From contig JAHLWZ010000016.1 in the NCBI GenBank assembly GCA_020536535.1, positions 226,925 through 290,924 on the forward strand: a DNA stretch of 64,000 nt. The letters run 5' to 3'. The position numbers and the translations under genes were made by a program. The DNA is from Pelomyxa schiedti. Taxonomy: Eukaryota; Protista; Evosea. This document shows, piece by piece, positions 26,438-40,815 of this stretch (positions are counted from its first letter, which is position 1; each line of letters opens with the position of its first letter). Under the pieces are notes generated by a model. It did not search any database and had not been told where the DNA came from. It saw only the letters and a program-made list of their open reading frames with translations.

Positions 26438-29400
26438 TTAGCCTGAAGAGGAGTCCAAAGAAACTACATCCATGTAGTCCAAGAACGTGTACACCCAGTT
26501 CCCATCAGCATCCCTCCCACCAACAGTCAAAGTCAGAGACCCATCCTTAAGGCTTATTCTCTGAGTACGGACTATCTGATACTGCGTGTCTGTTGTGGCC
26601 TCTTCATCAATAACCTTGATATTTTCAATCCAGACATTGCAGGGATCATTGGGGTATGCTCTGTTGGGGAATCCAACAGACACTGTGACATCATATTCAC
26701 CGTTGCCCAGAAGGAATTCAAACACATTTTGCCTGTTATACTGGTGGTTAAACAAGAATGGGAGAGCAAGGGGGAAAAAAGAATATCTTGTCACCTGCCG
26801 TAATCGTCATAAATGAAGCTCTTTTCAGTTTCTGTGTATCCACTTACATCATTGTAACCTGGAAAAACTAACTACAGGTGGCATTTTTTTTGTAAAAGCA
26901 CACCATACAATGCAATTGAGGGATTATCAATGTTCTCGCCATACCAACCTCAGTACCATGTAAATGTCTTTACAAAGTACAAAATGTCAACTTACCACAA
27001 TATGGCTCTTCATCATCAGTGAAGGGCATCCATCCTATTTTCATGTAGGTCTTTCCATCAACAACCAGTGGGTCGGCTATAAATACAAGTGAGAGTATTG
27101 TAAACAAAGTGAGCATTTACCAGTCGGCTGACTGTCCGGATCCTGGAAGTTGACATAGTAATTCCCCCTTGGTCTTTTACCAGTATCATAGTCAACAACT
27201 GGTAGGGTGTCCGAGGTCCCTTCAATGTATCTTCCGATTCCATCACGTATTGTCATTACGACTAAGAATTGGGGTGAATGAGCATTGAATTAACGGTAAC
27301 CTACCGCTCGGCTCTTTGATCCAAGAGGTAAGACTTTGTGCTACTCTAAAATTATACTAAATTCTCAATTTTAACATCTTCACCTTACGATGTTACAGAT
27401 GGGTCAACTGTCTCTGTCACATAGGGTTCTGGGTATTTATTTCCATTTGCCAGATAGAAGTACTCGTAGTCATCGAATGACTAATAGTGTTGGCGAGAAG
27501 TAGAAAGAAAAATTTCAACCTCTCTGAAAAGTTTGGCACGATAATTTGCCTGACTTCCGCTCCACCAGGTTCCTGCATCATAATAAGCATATCCCACCAT
27601 TCTACGAGAGTGAATTTTGAGTGGTTTCGAAGAAAGCTACCGTTCCGTCCAAGACACCCAAGAAATTATACGGACTTCCATGCCACTGGTCTCTGTGAGA
27701 GTTGGATTGAAGAGGGGTTGAGCATCCTGTTTTTTGGTTCAAAAAAGAAAGACTAAGAAAAAATACCGACCTGGGGAAGAGAGTATAACCAGACAGTTTC
27801 CCCATGGTCATGAATTCTTTCCCAGGCATAATCCCTCTGATAGGCTCCTGTGTGTGCTGCATTTTGTCACAATAAGGTACGAGAAGGTCAGATAATTACC
27901 AATCCAGATGTCGTATCCACAATACTCGGCGATTTCGGGTCGAGGTTGCTCACTTATGGCGATTTTCAAGTCTGAGGCAGCCTAAAAAAGAAGTGGAAGA
28001 AGAATGTAGCAGAAGAGTTGATTACATCTTTGGCAATTTGGCAAAGAGAAATGGCGAGATCATAATCATCCTGGTCTTGAGGCTCGTTTTGAACGTAATA
28101 ATATGATTTTTCGAGCATCTCATTATCAGATAAGTAGTTCCTTAGCGCAGTAAGGTATTTCTTCCACTCCTTCAATTAATTAAGAATTACCAACATTAAA
28201 ATCAGAAGTTACTGCATTGTAGGCAGATGTCCCAAAGTCATCACCAATAGATTCACCACAAAAAGTGTAGGGGCGAGGTTGGGAATTAGAGACAAACTGG
28301 AGAACTTCAGTTATTGGGAAACCATAAGAGTTCCAGCCCTCTCCTGGATTAAGTTAGTACACATTTTAACTACTGCAATACCTAAGAGATATTTTCGTGA
28401 AAGATAGTGAATACTATACTCTTCACCCTCGTCCATCTCGTCATAGAACTCTTCACACTGGTTTGGATTGGCGACAGAGTCCCAGCTTGGTGATTTTATT
28501 GGTCGAACGGATGGAAATAGGAACTCATACGTTATATAATATGTGAACCCAGACGGCCAAGTAACACTGGTAGGATTAAACCGATGCACAAACATGTTGG
28601 TTTTTGCTTCTTCGTCAGTGTCTGTACTTCCTGTTGGATCCCCCATGTTCATCATGCTAAAGTAATGCCCAGCAGGAGGCAATTCGAAATTATACACATA
28701 GAGGGAAATTGGAATTGCGATATCACTGCCATCTATCGTCAGTGTGAGTGTTGTAGAGTGGTCACCTGCACTATGTAAGACTCGGTTTTACTCATAAACT
28801 TCATACCTGGAGGAGAATCCAGTGGTACGTAAACGTCAACCCATATGGGATTGCAATGGCCGCCACTCAGAGAAATTGAATCAGAAGAAGTTACTTTTGT
28901 CAGATACTCAGCATTGTCCCCTTTTTTAACATTAGGAGTAATCTTATCTCTCCAGTGATACCGTCAAATGTAACTTTGAATGTATCAATAATTTGAGTAT
29001 CAGGTAGTTCTGGAAAAGGATCCATAGACACCATCGCAGACCCTGAGTGAGAACCAATAACAACTAAGAATGGTTCATATTCCCCCTTGGCAGCAGTGAT
29101 TGAAATTCCTTTCAAAAAAATAAATGAACATGGGTGGCACTTTGACAGTGAAAAAAACAGTGGTACCTGATGCCTCTGTAGTTGGTGCAGCGTCATAAAT
29201 TGTGGGTTTCCTTGTCACTGGTGTTGTCCAGAGATCAACACTGCCACTTTCTTCCAGCTTGTAAGTCCAGTCATTGGGATCCACTACCACATTATCTGTT
29301 TTTGGGCCCGAACTATTTCCAGACAATCCAGCCTAAGGAATGTGGCCTTGGTAAACCACAAAAAAAAAAAAAAAAAAAGGAACAAACATAAAATTATATG

Positions 29401-29628
29401 CAAGCAAAAATTAAGGGCTACCAAGAAACAACCAACCCGCATAGCCAACAAATCAATAACTCAAAGCAAAAACAGACATACCGCCAATCCAATAATGAGA
29501 ACCAATGCGCATGTAGTTCCTGCTGCAGCTCCCACAAAAATTGCTAAGTGTGATTTCACTTGTATCCACTCCTTGAACTTAGTGGCACTTTCGGTTGATT
29601 TGGTTGTGATTTTATTCACCACCTCCAT
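26438..29628 (-). CDS. Type II membrane-anchored GH123/DUF4091-like glycoside hydrolase with C-terminal carbohydrate-binding-like module
   Basis: N-terminal TM segment; ITAAKGEYEPFLVVI, VYNFELP, YYYVQNEPQD, GYDIWIAH, VWLYSLP, PYFNP, FREGFDDYEY; C-terminal FEFLLGNGEYDVTVSVG. Confidence 0.72.
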
Positions 29629-29699
29629 ATTTGTTGTCCCTCAGGCCTCTCTGTTCACCACCAAATTTGTTTTTAAAGCTTAGGGCAAACCGTAAAAAA

Positions 29700-32600
29700 C
29701 GGTAGTTTTGTTTGATGAGAGTTCGCGGCATCATTTTTGGAAGAAATTCTTCCACGCAGTCATTTGATTCCAAAATTTTTGTTCTACAAGGGTATTTTTA
29801 CAGCTGTTGGTGTGTTTGAAATGCTTGGGTGATGGCATTTAACCAGTGCGACTGAGGGAGAAAAATGGTCAGAAAATAATAGGGAGGTGGTTGGAGGGAA
29901 ATAACTGTTTCTTGAGGACTTGAAGAGTACAGTATGTGGGTAACAAGTGGGGAAGTTGGTGAAGGTTCAGTGACAAAGTTCCTGGGGCATTTGGTTTTAT
30001 GTTTGGTAATTATAAATGTTGTGAATTAGACATACGTTAGCTTCAGGAACGTGTTTGGCTTTGTTACAATATCCAATTTCCGGATTTGATGCACTGGGAT
30101 TATGAGCAACCTGAGAGATAGAATGTGATAAACACAAGGAAGTTAGGTGTATATAAGAGATACATTGAGGGGAGGGCGGTCATTAGTTTGTGATCAGGTG
30201 TTGTAGGGTAGAAAATTAAAGATGTGGGTGTGAGAACAGTAAAGAAGTATTCTGACGGCAGCTTAGATGCAGTTTTTATATTGGTATTAGCCTGAACCTC
30301 CTTTCCTTCTATTCGGGCAAAGTTTTCCTCTGGCGTTGGTTCCTGGTGATTGGGTGATTGGGTTAGTTTGAAAATTATAGAACTTTTGGTGCAAACCCGG
30401 GAGAAAAGAAAGCCACACCAATTGCATGTCATTTGAGACAGCTCATTGACCCATAAACTGTGCTGCAATTTCTGGAAAGCCAAGGTATAAAGCTGTTGAA
30501 CACAACTTGTTCTGTTAAATGCATCGAGTTCTTGTGTGTGTCGAGTGCACTCAAGGTGCTTGGCCACATTTGTCTTTTATGCGCTTATTTCTATCTCTGG
30601 TGAAATAGAAATTTACCAACAGAGAAGACCAAGATTGAAGAAACGTGCGTAGAGCATTGCCGACACCATCACTTGCCACATTGGCCAATTGCAAGTACCA
30701 CTGAGCTGATACGTGTAAGATACTAAGTAGAATATAAAGGACTATACCAAATAGAAGGCGGGAAATAGATTCATTGTATGCTATGTGGAGGTAAGTGAAA
30801 TGGAACAGCGACTCGGGTCCATGTCCAGAGGTTTCTGTGAAGTAGACTCGTATTTTAGTCAAGCACCCAGAATATTTTGCGAACTCAGAGGACTGAGAAA
30901 CTGTTGTGTGAGCAGAGAGCGCAACACAATGTTCACCAATTGCCAATCCCCATTGGAAATTGCACCTGGATATGGTGGGAAGTCACTTTGATGGATAGAA
31001 GGTAGAGTATTACTTGCCAAGGTTAGAGACAACGGAATGGGTCAGGGAGCCAGGCATGAGTCTTAGCATACAACGCTCTCCAAGCTGCAGAGAAAGTTGA
31101 TGATAAAGACTTTGAGTTACAAACAAGGGACCATACCTTATTCAATCCCTGTTGCAGTTCTCTGTCCTCAGTGCAAAATTCTCCAAATTTGGAAAGAAGT
31201 CTAGTTCTTATTGTTGTTTCCTCTTCACGATTTAATGTATTTTCTAAAAGCTATGAAAGGTAAATGTATGATGATGAAAATTTAGAGTACCTGATTAAGT
31301 TGTGATGTGGGACTTATTACAGGTTGTGGTGCAATAGGGGGAAGTGTGGAAGGCATTTCTTCCGTATTTAGTGGTGAGGAGGAACGAAAATGCGTGCATT
31401 GTTGAGATAGTGGTGAGGTTGGTTCAGGCTTCACAAGTGGGGAGTGAGTGGGCGACAAAGGTGTATTTACATGGGATGTTGCAGAAGCGGGAGATTCGAA
31501 GTCAGAGGAATTATTATCTGGAGGTATCCAAGTGGGTACTACATTAACTGTTGCTGATCTTCCTCTTAGAGAACATTGCGATTTATTGCCTACCAAGTAG
31601 AGAATAAGGCACTAATTAATCTTCGGGAGTGGAGCAGACCTTCCTCAGGAGTAGTGCCTTGGGAAAGTGAAGCAATTTGCAAGTTAATTATATCCACCCA
31701 TCTCTGTGCCTCCTCAGAAATTGGTGCTTTTAATTGGTACGTATAAATTCTTTTTTTCCTTTGGATTGATTGTTTTTGTTGTCCATGATGAAGGATGGTC
31801 TTTGTTTTTTATGTTGTGGGTTTAATTACCTTCCAAACAAAAAACCCGTGAAGTAGTTTCAATACTAAATAGTGCGGGATGTTTCAAAGCTCGCCTCACT
31901 GCATGCTTGCCACAAAACCCCATATAAGCTCTGCAGCTGGAGGTTATTGTTATCACTCTAATTGGTCTTTCATCCTAAAAAGCAATAAAAACCCTAATAT
32001 GGGAAAAGAAAAGAAAAGAAAAGAAAAGAAAAAAAAAGAAAAAACCCCACCTCAGAAGAGGCATAAGAGAGGGAGCATAAGCCCTTATCACAAGAGACCT
32101 TAAACCACCGCCGCTTCCAGGTCTTCCTCCTAGCACCCTGCTTATTCAGGTATCCCTGAATGAACACACACCCAGTTATCAATTCATCCACACTGGACTT
32201 GTTGGTGTCAACAAGTGCCGTTTGGTTTGGCAGTGAACAAGACAACGGCAACGGTTCAAGAGTCGCTCGCCCGCTCTTCCGCGAATCGCCTCCGCCGACG
32301 ATCACAGGCGAAGACGCCGCTAGCGGCGAAGACTGAGTCTGGGACTGACACTGACACTGAGACTGAGACTGAGAGGTGGGGGTAGGTGTTGCAGTAGTCA
32401 GTGATGATGAAGGCAATATGGATGACGAGAATCTGTGATATCTTAGGGTGGCTGCACGACGTTGATTGTTGGCGGCCGCGGTGCCCTCCTTGGGTCGGAA
32501 CTTGGACCATTTGGGAACAGGCCTGGGGACTGAGGGCTCAGGGCTGGGGTCAGCATTGGCAGGCAGACTGGAGGACTGAGGAGGTTGTTGTTGGGGAGCG

Positions 32601-32725
32601 ACGGGGGGAGGAGGTGGCGGTGGTGGAGGAGGATGTGGTGGTGATGGGGCAGGCACTTGCGTGGGCTGCTGAGGATTATGGGATGGTTGAGGCAACGCGT
32701 CCTGGACCGTGGCTGTAGAGGTCAT
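29700..32725 (-). CDS. PH-domain protein with Pro/Ser-rich N-terminus, multi-exon; 3' end approximate
   Basis: IQGYLNKQGARRKTWKRRWF; downstream exons with long open frames. Confidence 0.65.
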
Positions 32726-33106
32726 CGGTTGGGGAAGAAAAAGAAAAAAAAACAAACAAACGCAGAAACCGTTCCCGGGAAGTGCAAACGAAGGAGACTG
32801 TTCAGAGTTGTGCGAATTTGCGTGAAAGGACATTTTCCCGATGTGATGGAGACCTCTGCCAACTCTCCTGACTCCGAAGAAATGCGGTGAGGCCCACTTG
32901 TTGGTTCCTCCAATATTTAGGCTCAGACAGACATCCTCGAGATTGCAGAAGCTATTTTCCGAGCAGCCGAAAAAACGAACCAAAAACAAAACCAAAATCT
33001 TTTCACGAAAGAAGCAAAAAAGAAAAAAAACAAAAACCGCACAACACGCACCGGTCGTGTAGTAGTAAACCCGTACCTACCACATAGACACCCATAAGTA
33101 CCCCGT

Positions 33107-36100
33107 ATGTCGTCCAAATCGAGTTCCTCGTCGACCCCGGAACGCGGCGCCTTGTCGGGATCTTCGTCGCGCTCGCCCAGCATGAGCACCATCGTGCGGA
33201 GATCTCTGAGCTTTATGAAAATCCCAGCTCACTCGCAACAAAGCCCGGCTGCTTCCTCGATGCCCGAAACGGACATACCCGATTCCGACGAGACAAACGA
33301 TGAGGACGAGACATTCCTCAATGCTATGCAGATGGTATGCGATTTGGATTGAAGCGAAGTGGGTGTTTGATTACTTAAAAAGTTGAATGAGACAATGTAT
33401 TCCTTCACACACTGCGATTTTATAAAAGGGAGTTTTAGATTATGGTCTCACAGTTATTACTTTTTTTTAAAAAAAAAAAAAACAGGAAGCACCCTGTGTT
33501 GAGCAAGTTGCTTGTCTTATGCTCCTTCTGAAATCTCGCATGATGCTTCGTCGAATGATTGCTGCTAAGCAATTCACTGAGCGTCTTTCGAAGGGTGACC
33601 TCAATGCATTTGAAGTAACCAAATTGGTGCAAGGCCAAGACGCATCTGACGACAATGACTTCATCGTGAGAATATCCGAACTCAAAAAGCAGCTCATGGC
33701 TGAAATTCGAAAAGCGAGGGAGAAGGAAAGAGAGGTAGCAATTCTAGATAAGAGAATATCTCTGCTGGTTTTGGTGTGCATTTGTCTTAATTTACTATTT
33801 CTCATTCTTCTTGTAGAATGTTGTCACAGTTGCTGCTGAAAAAACCGCTAGGCGCAAACCGCCTCCTGCTTCTGCAGGGGCTGGAGGACCGAAGGGAGAC
33901 GTATTATCTACTGCAAAATTAGAGGTAGGAGGGTGATCGCTTTTGTAAAGTTAATCGGCTTCCAAAGAAATATGGGCACCTCTTCCACTTGTTGCAGTCC
34001 GAGCCTGTCTACCTCGCCAGATTAATGGATTGCGTTGAAGCCAAGGTACTTTCAATACAAATGGGATTTCTTTCTGACTCTCCCTCAGATTGATGAAGAG
34101 TCCATGAAACAGCTGCTCGACACTATTATAATTACTATGTATGGCGATGCTTTTGCTCCACGGGAAGAGTTTCTGCTCCTTAGTTTCTTTGAGCATGCTA
34201 TTGAACGCATCATGTCCCAAGCAACCAAAGTGATGTCTTTTGTTCAGAACCCTTTCCTTCCTCCCATGGTTATCACTTACAATAAGTATTTTCCCTTTTA
34301 TCCAACTCGGGAAGTTTACTGGTGCACAGACGCAAACAAGGAGTTGAATATCTTCAAGCTACTTTAGGACCAGTGATGAAACAATTTTTAGCTGAGAAAC
34401 TCACCTTGGATCCAAATGCGAGAACGGTAAAAGCACAAAATCTACTTCATCGTGATGTAATACCTCTTAGATTCATGAGCGTATGGTCAAGGAAATTGAA
34501 ATCACTCAAGGCAGGAAAGTGGAACGACGCAACCTTACTGACGATGAATGTGCAGCTTTGCCAGAAATCAAGGCGGAAGTTGCCCAGCGTGTGTTGAAAT
34601 AATAAACTTCCTTGCGTGTAAACAAAGTACCAGGTCTTGAAAATTTGAAACGACACTCCCTTCTGTTCTTCGAAGCCATATGTTCGACAGTTAACAAATT
34701 GCCTTATGGTCTTCGATGGATATGCAAAAGAATTCACGACGCTGCATTGGTTATCTTTCTGACACAGTGGTATTTTAAATCACAATGGTCAGGATGCCTT
34801 CCCGGATGCCTCTGAGGATGATATCAACCGTCTGACTGTGCATTTCGTCTACTTCCGATTTATCAATCTTGGGATCGTTACTCCAGACCCCTTCAAGATA
34901 GTGGATATCCAAATTACCCCTGAGTCCCTTTTCAGCTTGTTGCAGGTAACTTTTATTCTTGCATTGAAAATTCTAACTGATGTTTAAGGTTTCAAAAGTC
35001 ATCTATAACATGTTCAACCTTTCTCTCTTCCATGACTCCGCAGAGAGATGGTTGGCTCCACTAAACCCCTGGATCATGTCCCACGCCGATTCAGTACGCA
35101 AATACTTGAATGCTGTTCTTCAAGTGGAACCCCCTGCTGACTACCTCCAAGTCGGATCTTACATGGAGCTGATGCATCTCGTGAAGCCTGTTATTCTCAT
35201 TGAGCCCAAGGAGCTTGTAAACGTTCACACTTTACTCCAAGTATATCTCTTTCTTTCCATGACTCTCGAGTTTACTTTTGCACAAGGAAAATCTTAGTGA
35301 TGTTGCTCTTAAAGCTAACGATCCCCTTCTTGAACTTATGAAAGACCTCGGCCCCCCAGAAAATTATCCTGATGACGGAAAAGCCATTCAACTAACGCTT
35401 GTGAATAAGTTCCCCCCAATGGACGGTAAGGCTCTCTGTTTTGTGCTGCAGAAGGGTGACGGTTTTCCCAGATCCACAGTCCGAGGTCAATCAACTTTAT
35501 TCCAAGACAAAAACACTTGTTGTTCAGGCACTCCGACAGAATCCTGTTCCTGCTGTGGCTGGAATGACTCTTGTGGCCATCCTTGAAGTATAGAGGAACT
35601 TTCTCCCTTCTCGAGTATAACACAGCCCACAGGCCGGCCAAGCCGCCGCCGCCAAGGGTTCCACTTATGATAAGCTCGTTGATGAGATTTTGGAGAATCT
35701 TGACAAACTTGAAAGGGAGAAGAAAGTCACGTCGGTACGCAATCATACATGTTTACAACTACTCACTCGCTAAAGGAGGATGGCTATGCCGATTTCTTGA
35801 AAGCTGTTACATTAGAAATAACAAATCGGGAACGCGTGAGGGAGCAGCAAAAGAAAGAGGTCAACCGTCTCGAAGCAGCGATCAACCAAGTGGGAAGACA
35901 ACAAAAGGCCATGACAGAACAAATTGCGCAGTATAAGATGTTCCTTGACTCCTGCCTCAAGAGTCACATGCAAGTCATGATGGGCGGCTCAACCAAGACA
36001 GGGAAACTGGGACCGTTCAAGGCACAACTCCTCGCTCCTTCACTTTTTTTTAATTTCCTACAGTTTTCGTATTTGGAAATGGTCAAGAGGGGCGTAATAA

Positions 36101-36386
36101 TCGAGTCTGAAGTACCAAAATACCTGTAAGCTTACGGCTTTCTTACCATAGTAATGACTCTTGGTACAGACAGAAAAAGACCAGATTACAAATTTCATCA
36201 GAAGAAGCTGGTGTATTCGACGTCGAAGTCATACTCCCTCGCCCCTTGCCAACAGAAAAGATGCAGCTGCAACTAGCCGATCTTCTTGACAAAAGGGACA
36301 GGAATGTCGAGCGGGATGTACAAAACAATGTCACACTGGATGTCAACCTCACCCTCCACTGGCTTAACAGCCTTTTTAAGAGGTAG
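33107..36386 (+). CDS. IQGAP-related protein (GAP-related domain + RasGAP C-terminal domain)
   Basis: TMYGDAFAPREEFLLL, GVEYLQATLGP, LPYGLRWICK, YFRFINLGIVTP, GPFKFSYLEMVKRGVII, LQLADLL, DVNLTLHWLN. Confidence 0.85.
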
Positions 36387-36697
36387 GCAGGCTACCCGCA
36401 CTATTTGCAACCCAGAACCAAAGTGAGGGTAAACACATAGAGCTAAAAATGTATTTAACAACCTTTTGTTATCCCTTTTTTCTTTTCCTTGTTTGGAACT
36501 TTAGAATGGCAAAAAAAAAATTCTCCGAGAGATAATTGACCAGACACGGCGCAAACTCCGTCCCGGTAAAGTGATTCTCCGCATTCTCACGCAACCCCGC
36601 TACTGGAGCTGCCATGGGCACAACCCAGGTTTTGGGATTGGTGCTGTTTTGTGTTTCACTAGTAAAGTACAGATAAGCCACAGTTGCTTGGATACAA

Positions 36698-38297
36698 TTA
36701 TGGGTTTTCTGCCTGCACTTCGAGCGGGAGTGGGAGGTGGAAGGTGTCGGTGAGAAAAGCGTGGATTAAATCGTGCTGCGGGGTGTGTTTGGTTTCGCGG
36801 ATCAGGGGAAACAAGTGCTTCTCGACTTCCTCGGCGCGGAGTATGTTTGCCTCAACCAACAATTTGATGACAGAAAGGAATCCCTTCCGATAGGAGGCAT
36901 GTATCCAATAAATGCTGGAGTCCGTCCTTACGGAGCGGGAAAGTGCGAATCGCTGGAAAATGATGCGCGTGGCTTCTGGATTACTAGCTAGAAGCGAGGA
37001 AGCTACCGCGGACTCAAGTTCACAAGTTATTTCGTAAGTCGGTGAAGAAGTCTCAGATATCTTCCTCGAAGCGGCGTAGTACTCGTCCAGCGCGAATTTA
37101 TCTATTAGGAAGCTGAGCATTTCCGTCCCCTTAATGTCACAAGCATGGGTCATGAGGTGCCGGAAGAGAATCTCGTCTTTGGTGACACCTGTGGCATCAA
37201 CAAGTGCCGCGACCAGAGACACGTTACCTCTTTCCACAGCTGTGTATAGCAGACTGGTGCCGGTACGTGTGCTGTCGAGAGCAGTGTAGAGGGGCGCCAA
37301 AAGATCCTGGGATGTCACTGGCAGCCGCTCTATCAGCCACATGATGAAGCTGTCGATTTCTTCTCGCGGCCTGGTTCTGAGTGATTTCGGTACGTGCACT
37401 CCCACCACTGATTCGACGTCACTTGACTTCAAAGGGTGCTCCCAGAGTAGAAGCAGTGGGGAACCTGAGGTACAAACAATTGACTGTCCAGGATTTCCAC
37501 ATATCATAAACTCCTGCTTGGAGAATCCCAACGTCTCTTTTGCCCACTTTAAAGTGTGGATACTGCCAGTTGCTGCAGCAGCCCTCAGAACGGCGTTGTA
37601 ATCGCTTCGCAGATGGTGCGGCTTCAACATGTACTTCCGAATCATCCAGTGTGCGACGCGCTGCGAGTCGGCACAAAAAACTACCGGCATAACAGCTTTC
37701 AAGTGCTCTATCTGGATGGTGGTTGCTGACCGCTGTGCCGTGCCACCAGTCTTTGGCTTTGCTGCTTGTGGAGGAGTGCCAATTGCCTGTCCAGCCAATG
37801 CAAGTCTTTTGTGTATGTTATATCCACAAAATTCAATGTCCCATAGTGTTGGTAGGTTCACTCAATACAAACATTCAAATAATAAACGAACGTAATAAGC
37901 AATGTTGGAAAATAAGAGGAAATTACAGAGGGAAGAAAGCCTCGCCCAGACAAGCCAAAATAAATGCGCGCTCTTTCAATCCCACTGACAACAAGTCACT
38001 AACAACAAATGTTCTCCATGCATTGTACGACACCTCCAATATCCTCTTAGCCTCAAGCACTGTGATGAAACCAACGAAGCAAAAGAGTGGTCAGCAAAGT
38101 ACAAAAAAAAAAAAAAAAAAAAAGAAAGAAAGAGACGGAAGTGACACGTGTCAGCAGACATTACGTTTTTCACTCGGCAATGGACATGAGACGGTAGTAG
38201 TGAGTGGCCGTGGAAACACGAGCCCGCACGCTGCTACCAACGACGATGTTTTGGGTGGCGGTGGTGCTGCGGGAGGTGGTGCACTCTCGGCAGACAT
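36698..38297 (-). CDS. Divergent ankyrin-repeat-like protein; large terminal exon, 5' exons tentative
   Basis: 387-aa ORF with AAATGSIHTLKW, LLYTAVERGNVSLVAALV, ASYRKGFLSVIKLLV; probable first exon MSAESAPPP at 38297. Confidence 0.55.
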
Positions 38298-38602
38298 CCC
38301 TGTGCGCTTTCGAGTAAAAAAAAAAAAGGTCTGTTCGCGGATGCCCCTGGACCAGGAACCGGGGAAAAAACCCAGAATCACTGAGGCTGAGGCGTGTTTT
38401 GCTGGGGTGCTGGTGTGAATCGCACGTACTGCAGTAGGGGAGGACTGCAAAAAGCACAAACGTGCAGTGGAAACACGCAGATCTGAGTCTGGGGACCAGA
38501 GGCGGACTTCCAATCTGTACAGTTGCACTTCGTTCCAGGCTGCTAATTGCCCCTCCTAAAGCTAATCACAGATCTTTTCTATCCCGCGCGACCACTAGTG
38601 CC

Positions 38603-40624
38603 ATGTCCGCCACCGAATCACCGGCGACACCACCGCAAAACGCACAAACGGCGGCCGCTACAACCGCCGCGGCAGCGTCGGCCCCGATCGCAGATCCGGA
38701 AGACGACGTTGCGGCCAAGTACGACTTGACCACGTCGTTTTGCAAGTACCTCGATCCCCATTTGTTGTTGCCAATGTTGGAATTCGTTCAGACAACAAAC
38801 GTGCGTTGCGTTTATTGGTGGTTTTTTCCCCTTTTTTTTCCCATCGTTTTGTCTTCCGCTTTTTTTCCCCCTGTTCTGAGGCTGAAAACAGCTTTATGCA
38901 CCAACGGATGTACTGAGAAGCAAAGTGGACCTTCTCAACAAGACTAATATGATTGATTTTGCATGTGAGGTGTTTGCAGAGTTGAAAGGTGCTCTTTTGT
39001 CCCTTTTGGTTGTCTCTAACGTGCTGGTACAATAGGACTTGAAGGGGACAAACCAGCTCCTGTAAGTGCATTTCCTTAGAGTACCATTCTAATACATCTC
39101 CCAAGGAGTATGTTGAGAGTATGAAAAATCGAAGAGATGGAGTTATCAACCAAATGCGAGAGTTCAAATCAAAGCTGGAACCTATTCTCAAGGCAATAAG
39201 GGATCCAGATACAACAGAAGCCACCGAATTCATGAAATTGAAGACAAACCGTGAGGCATTAGAATTTGTGCAGGGAAGATCAGAAGCACAAGTTTGTGCC
39301 ACAGTACTCTGAGGAATATTTACAGTCTCCTAGATTACACCAGCCAATGTAGAAATACTGCAGCAGGCAGCCCGGTTTTTCTTCAATTGCGGCGATTACA
39401 CACAAGCATCCGAGTACTTAAAGTACTACCACATACTGGGTACAAACCCGAACTCCCTTAGCAGTGCCCTTGTATGCAAATTAAATCTCACTAAATTATT
39501 CTTTTTTTTTTTTTTTGGTTATCCAAATGATTCTTTTCCACACGTTCCTAACGGTTTTTCCAGTGGGGTGAACTGGCATGTGACATTTTGCTCCCCGATC
39601 TTGACGATGCAATTACTGTAATAGAACAAATCAGAGACAATATTGAAACAAAGGTAGACCAAATGACTTCTTCGTACCTTATTAATTTGTCTAGTCCGCC
39701 TTTGATGCAGTGCCCCACCAACGCCTCTGGCTGATACACTGGGCCATGTTTCCTTTCTTCAATAGCACCAACGGTAAGTGCAAAAATTAAATGACCCTTT
39801 TTCTAATGTTTCCAGCACAAGGGCAAGCAGCCATTGTAGATCTTTTGTTTCAAGACAAATACCTCCACATCATACAAACCACTTGCCCTTACATTTTGCG
39901 ATACTTAACAGTTATACTGATTACAACCAAGCGCAAACGGAGCCTTTTGAAGGTGATCCAATGGAAACCCTGTGTAACTAACAATATTTTTGCAGGATCT
40001 TGTTCGAATACTAAAGCAGGAGGCACATACATACAGTGACCCCATTACACAATTCTTGGTTGAGTTGCAATCAAACTTCGATTTTGAAGCCGCCTATCAA
40101 CAACTTAAACTGTGCAATGCTGTAAACTATTTCTAAGCGAAGCAATTTTTCACTTTTCTGTAGGTCTTCGACAAAGACTACCTTCTCAACTCCGTGAAAA
40201 AGACTTTCTTTGAAAATGCTCGACAATTTATAGTCGAATCTTTCATCAGAATACATCAACGCATAGACCTTAGGTAAGCTTTTGCTGTAAACGCAATACT
40301 GATTCGGTCTAGAATGCTTGCACAAAAGCTCGAAATGGATGTGGACACCACTGAGAAGTGGATTGTTGACTTGATGCGAACTGCCCATTTGGATGCTAAG
40401 ATTGATTCCGAAAATAAACATATAATCATGATGGCCGCCATGCAACCACCCAATCCGTGCGTCTTTCCCATTTTCTCCTTACCACATTTTAAGGCACACG
40501 AAGGTACCAACAAATCATTGAGAAAACCAAACAACTAGCTGTGAGAACCTACACAATGGACACTCATTTAGGCAAACAAGGGGACAAGTTCAAGCAATTC
40601 CGTCCCTATCACAAGTACCATTAA
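38603..40624 (+). CDS. EIF3E: Translation initiation factor 3 subunit E (INT6), PCI domain
   Basis: AKYDLT..FCKYLDPHLLLPMLEF, KVDLLNKTNMIDF, LWGELACDIL, QRLWLIHWAMF, IQTTCPYILRYL, YSDPITQFL, EKWIVDLMRTAHLDAKIDS. Confidence 0.93.
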
Positions 40625-40815
40625 AATATATTACACAACCTCTGCTTGTTTTTCCCTTTTGCGCGAACGCAACAATCACAATCACTGATCTGGTGATTTC
40701 GTGAAAACTGTTTCGGCACGGAAGGAATTTCAAAGAACAGCCGTTAATTGCAACCCAAGTTGTTTGCCGAAGAGAGATTCTTCCAAACATCGTTTTTTGT
40801 TGGTTGTTGTGAACC

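Noticed and set aside
37723-38418. 231-aa + strand ORF with poly-Lys
   Set aside because: Antisense to the ankyrin-like gene; the Lys run is an intronic homopolymer.
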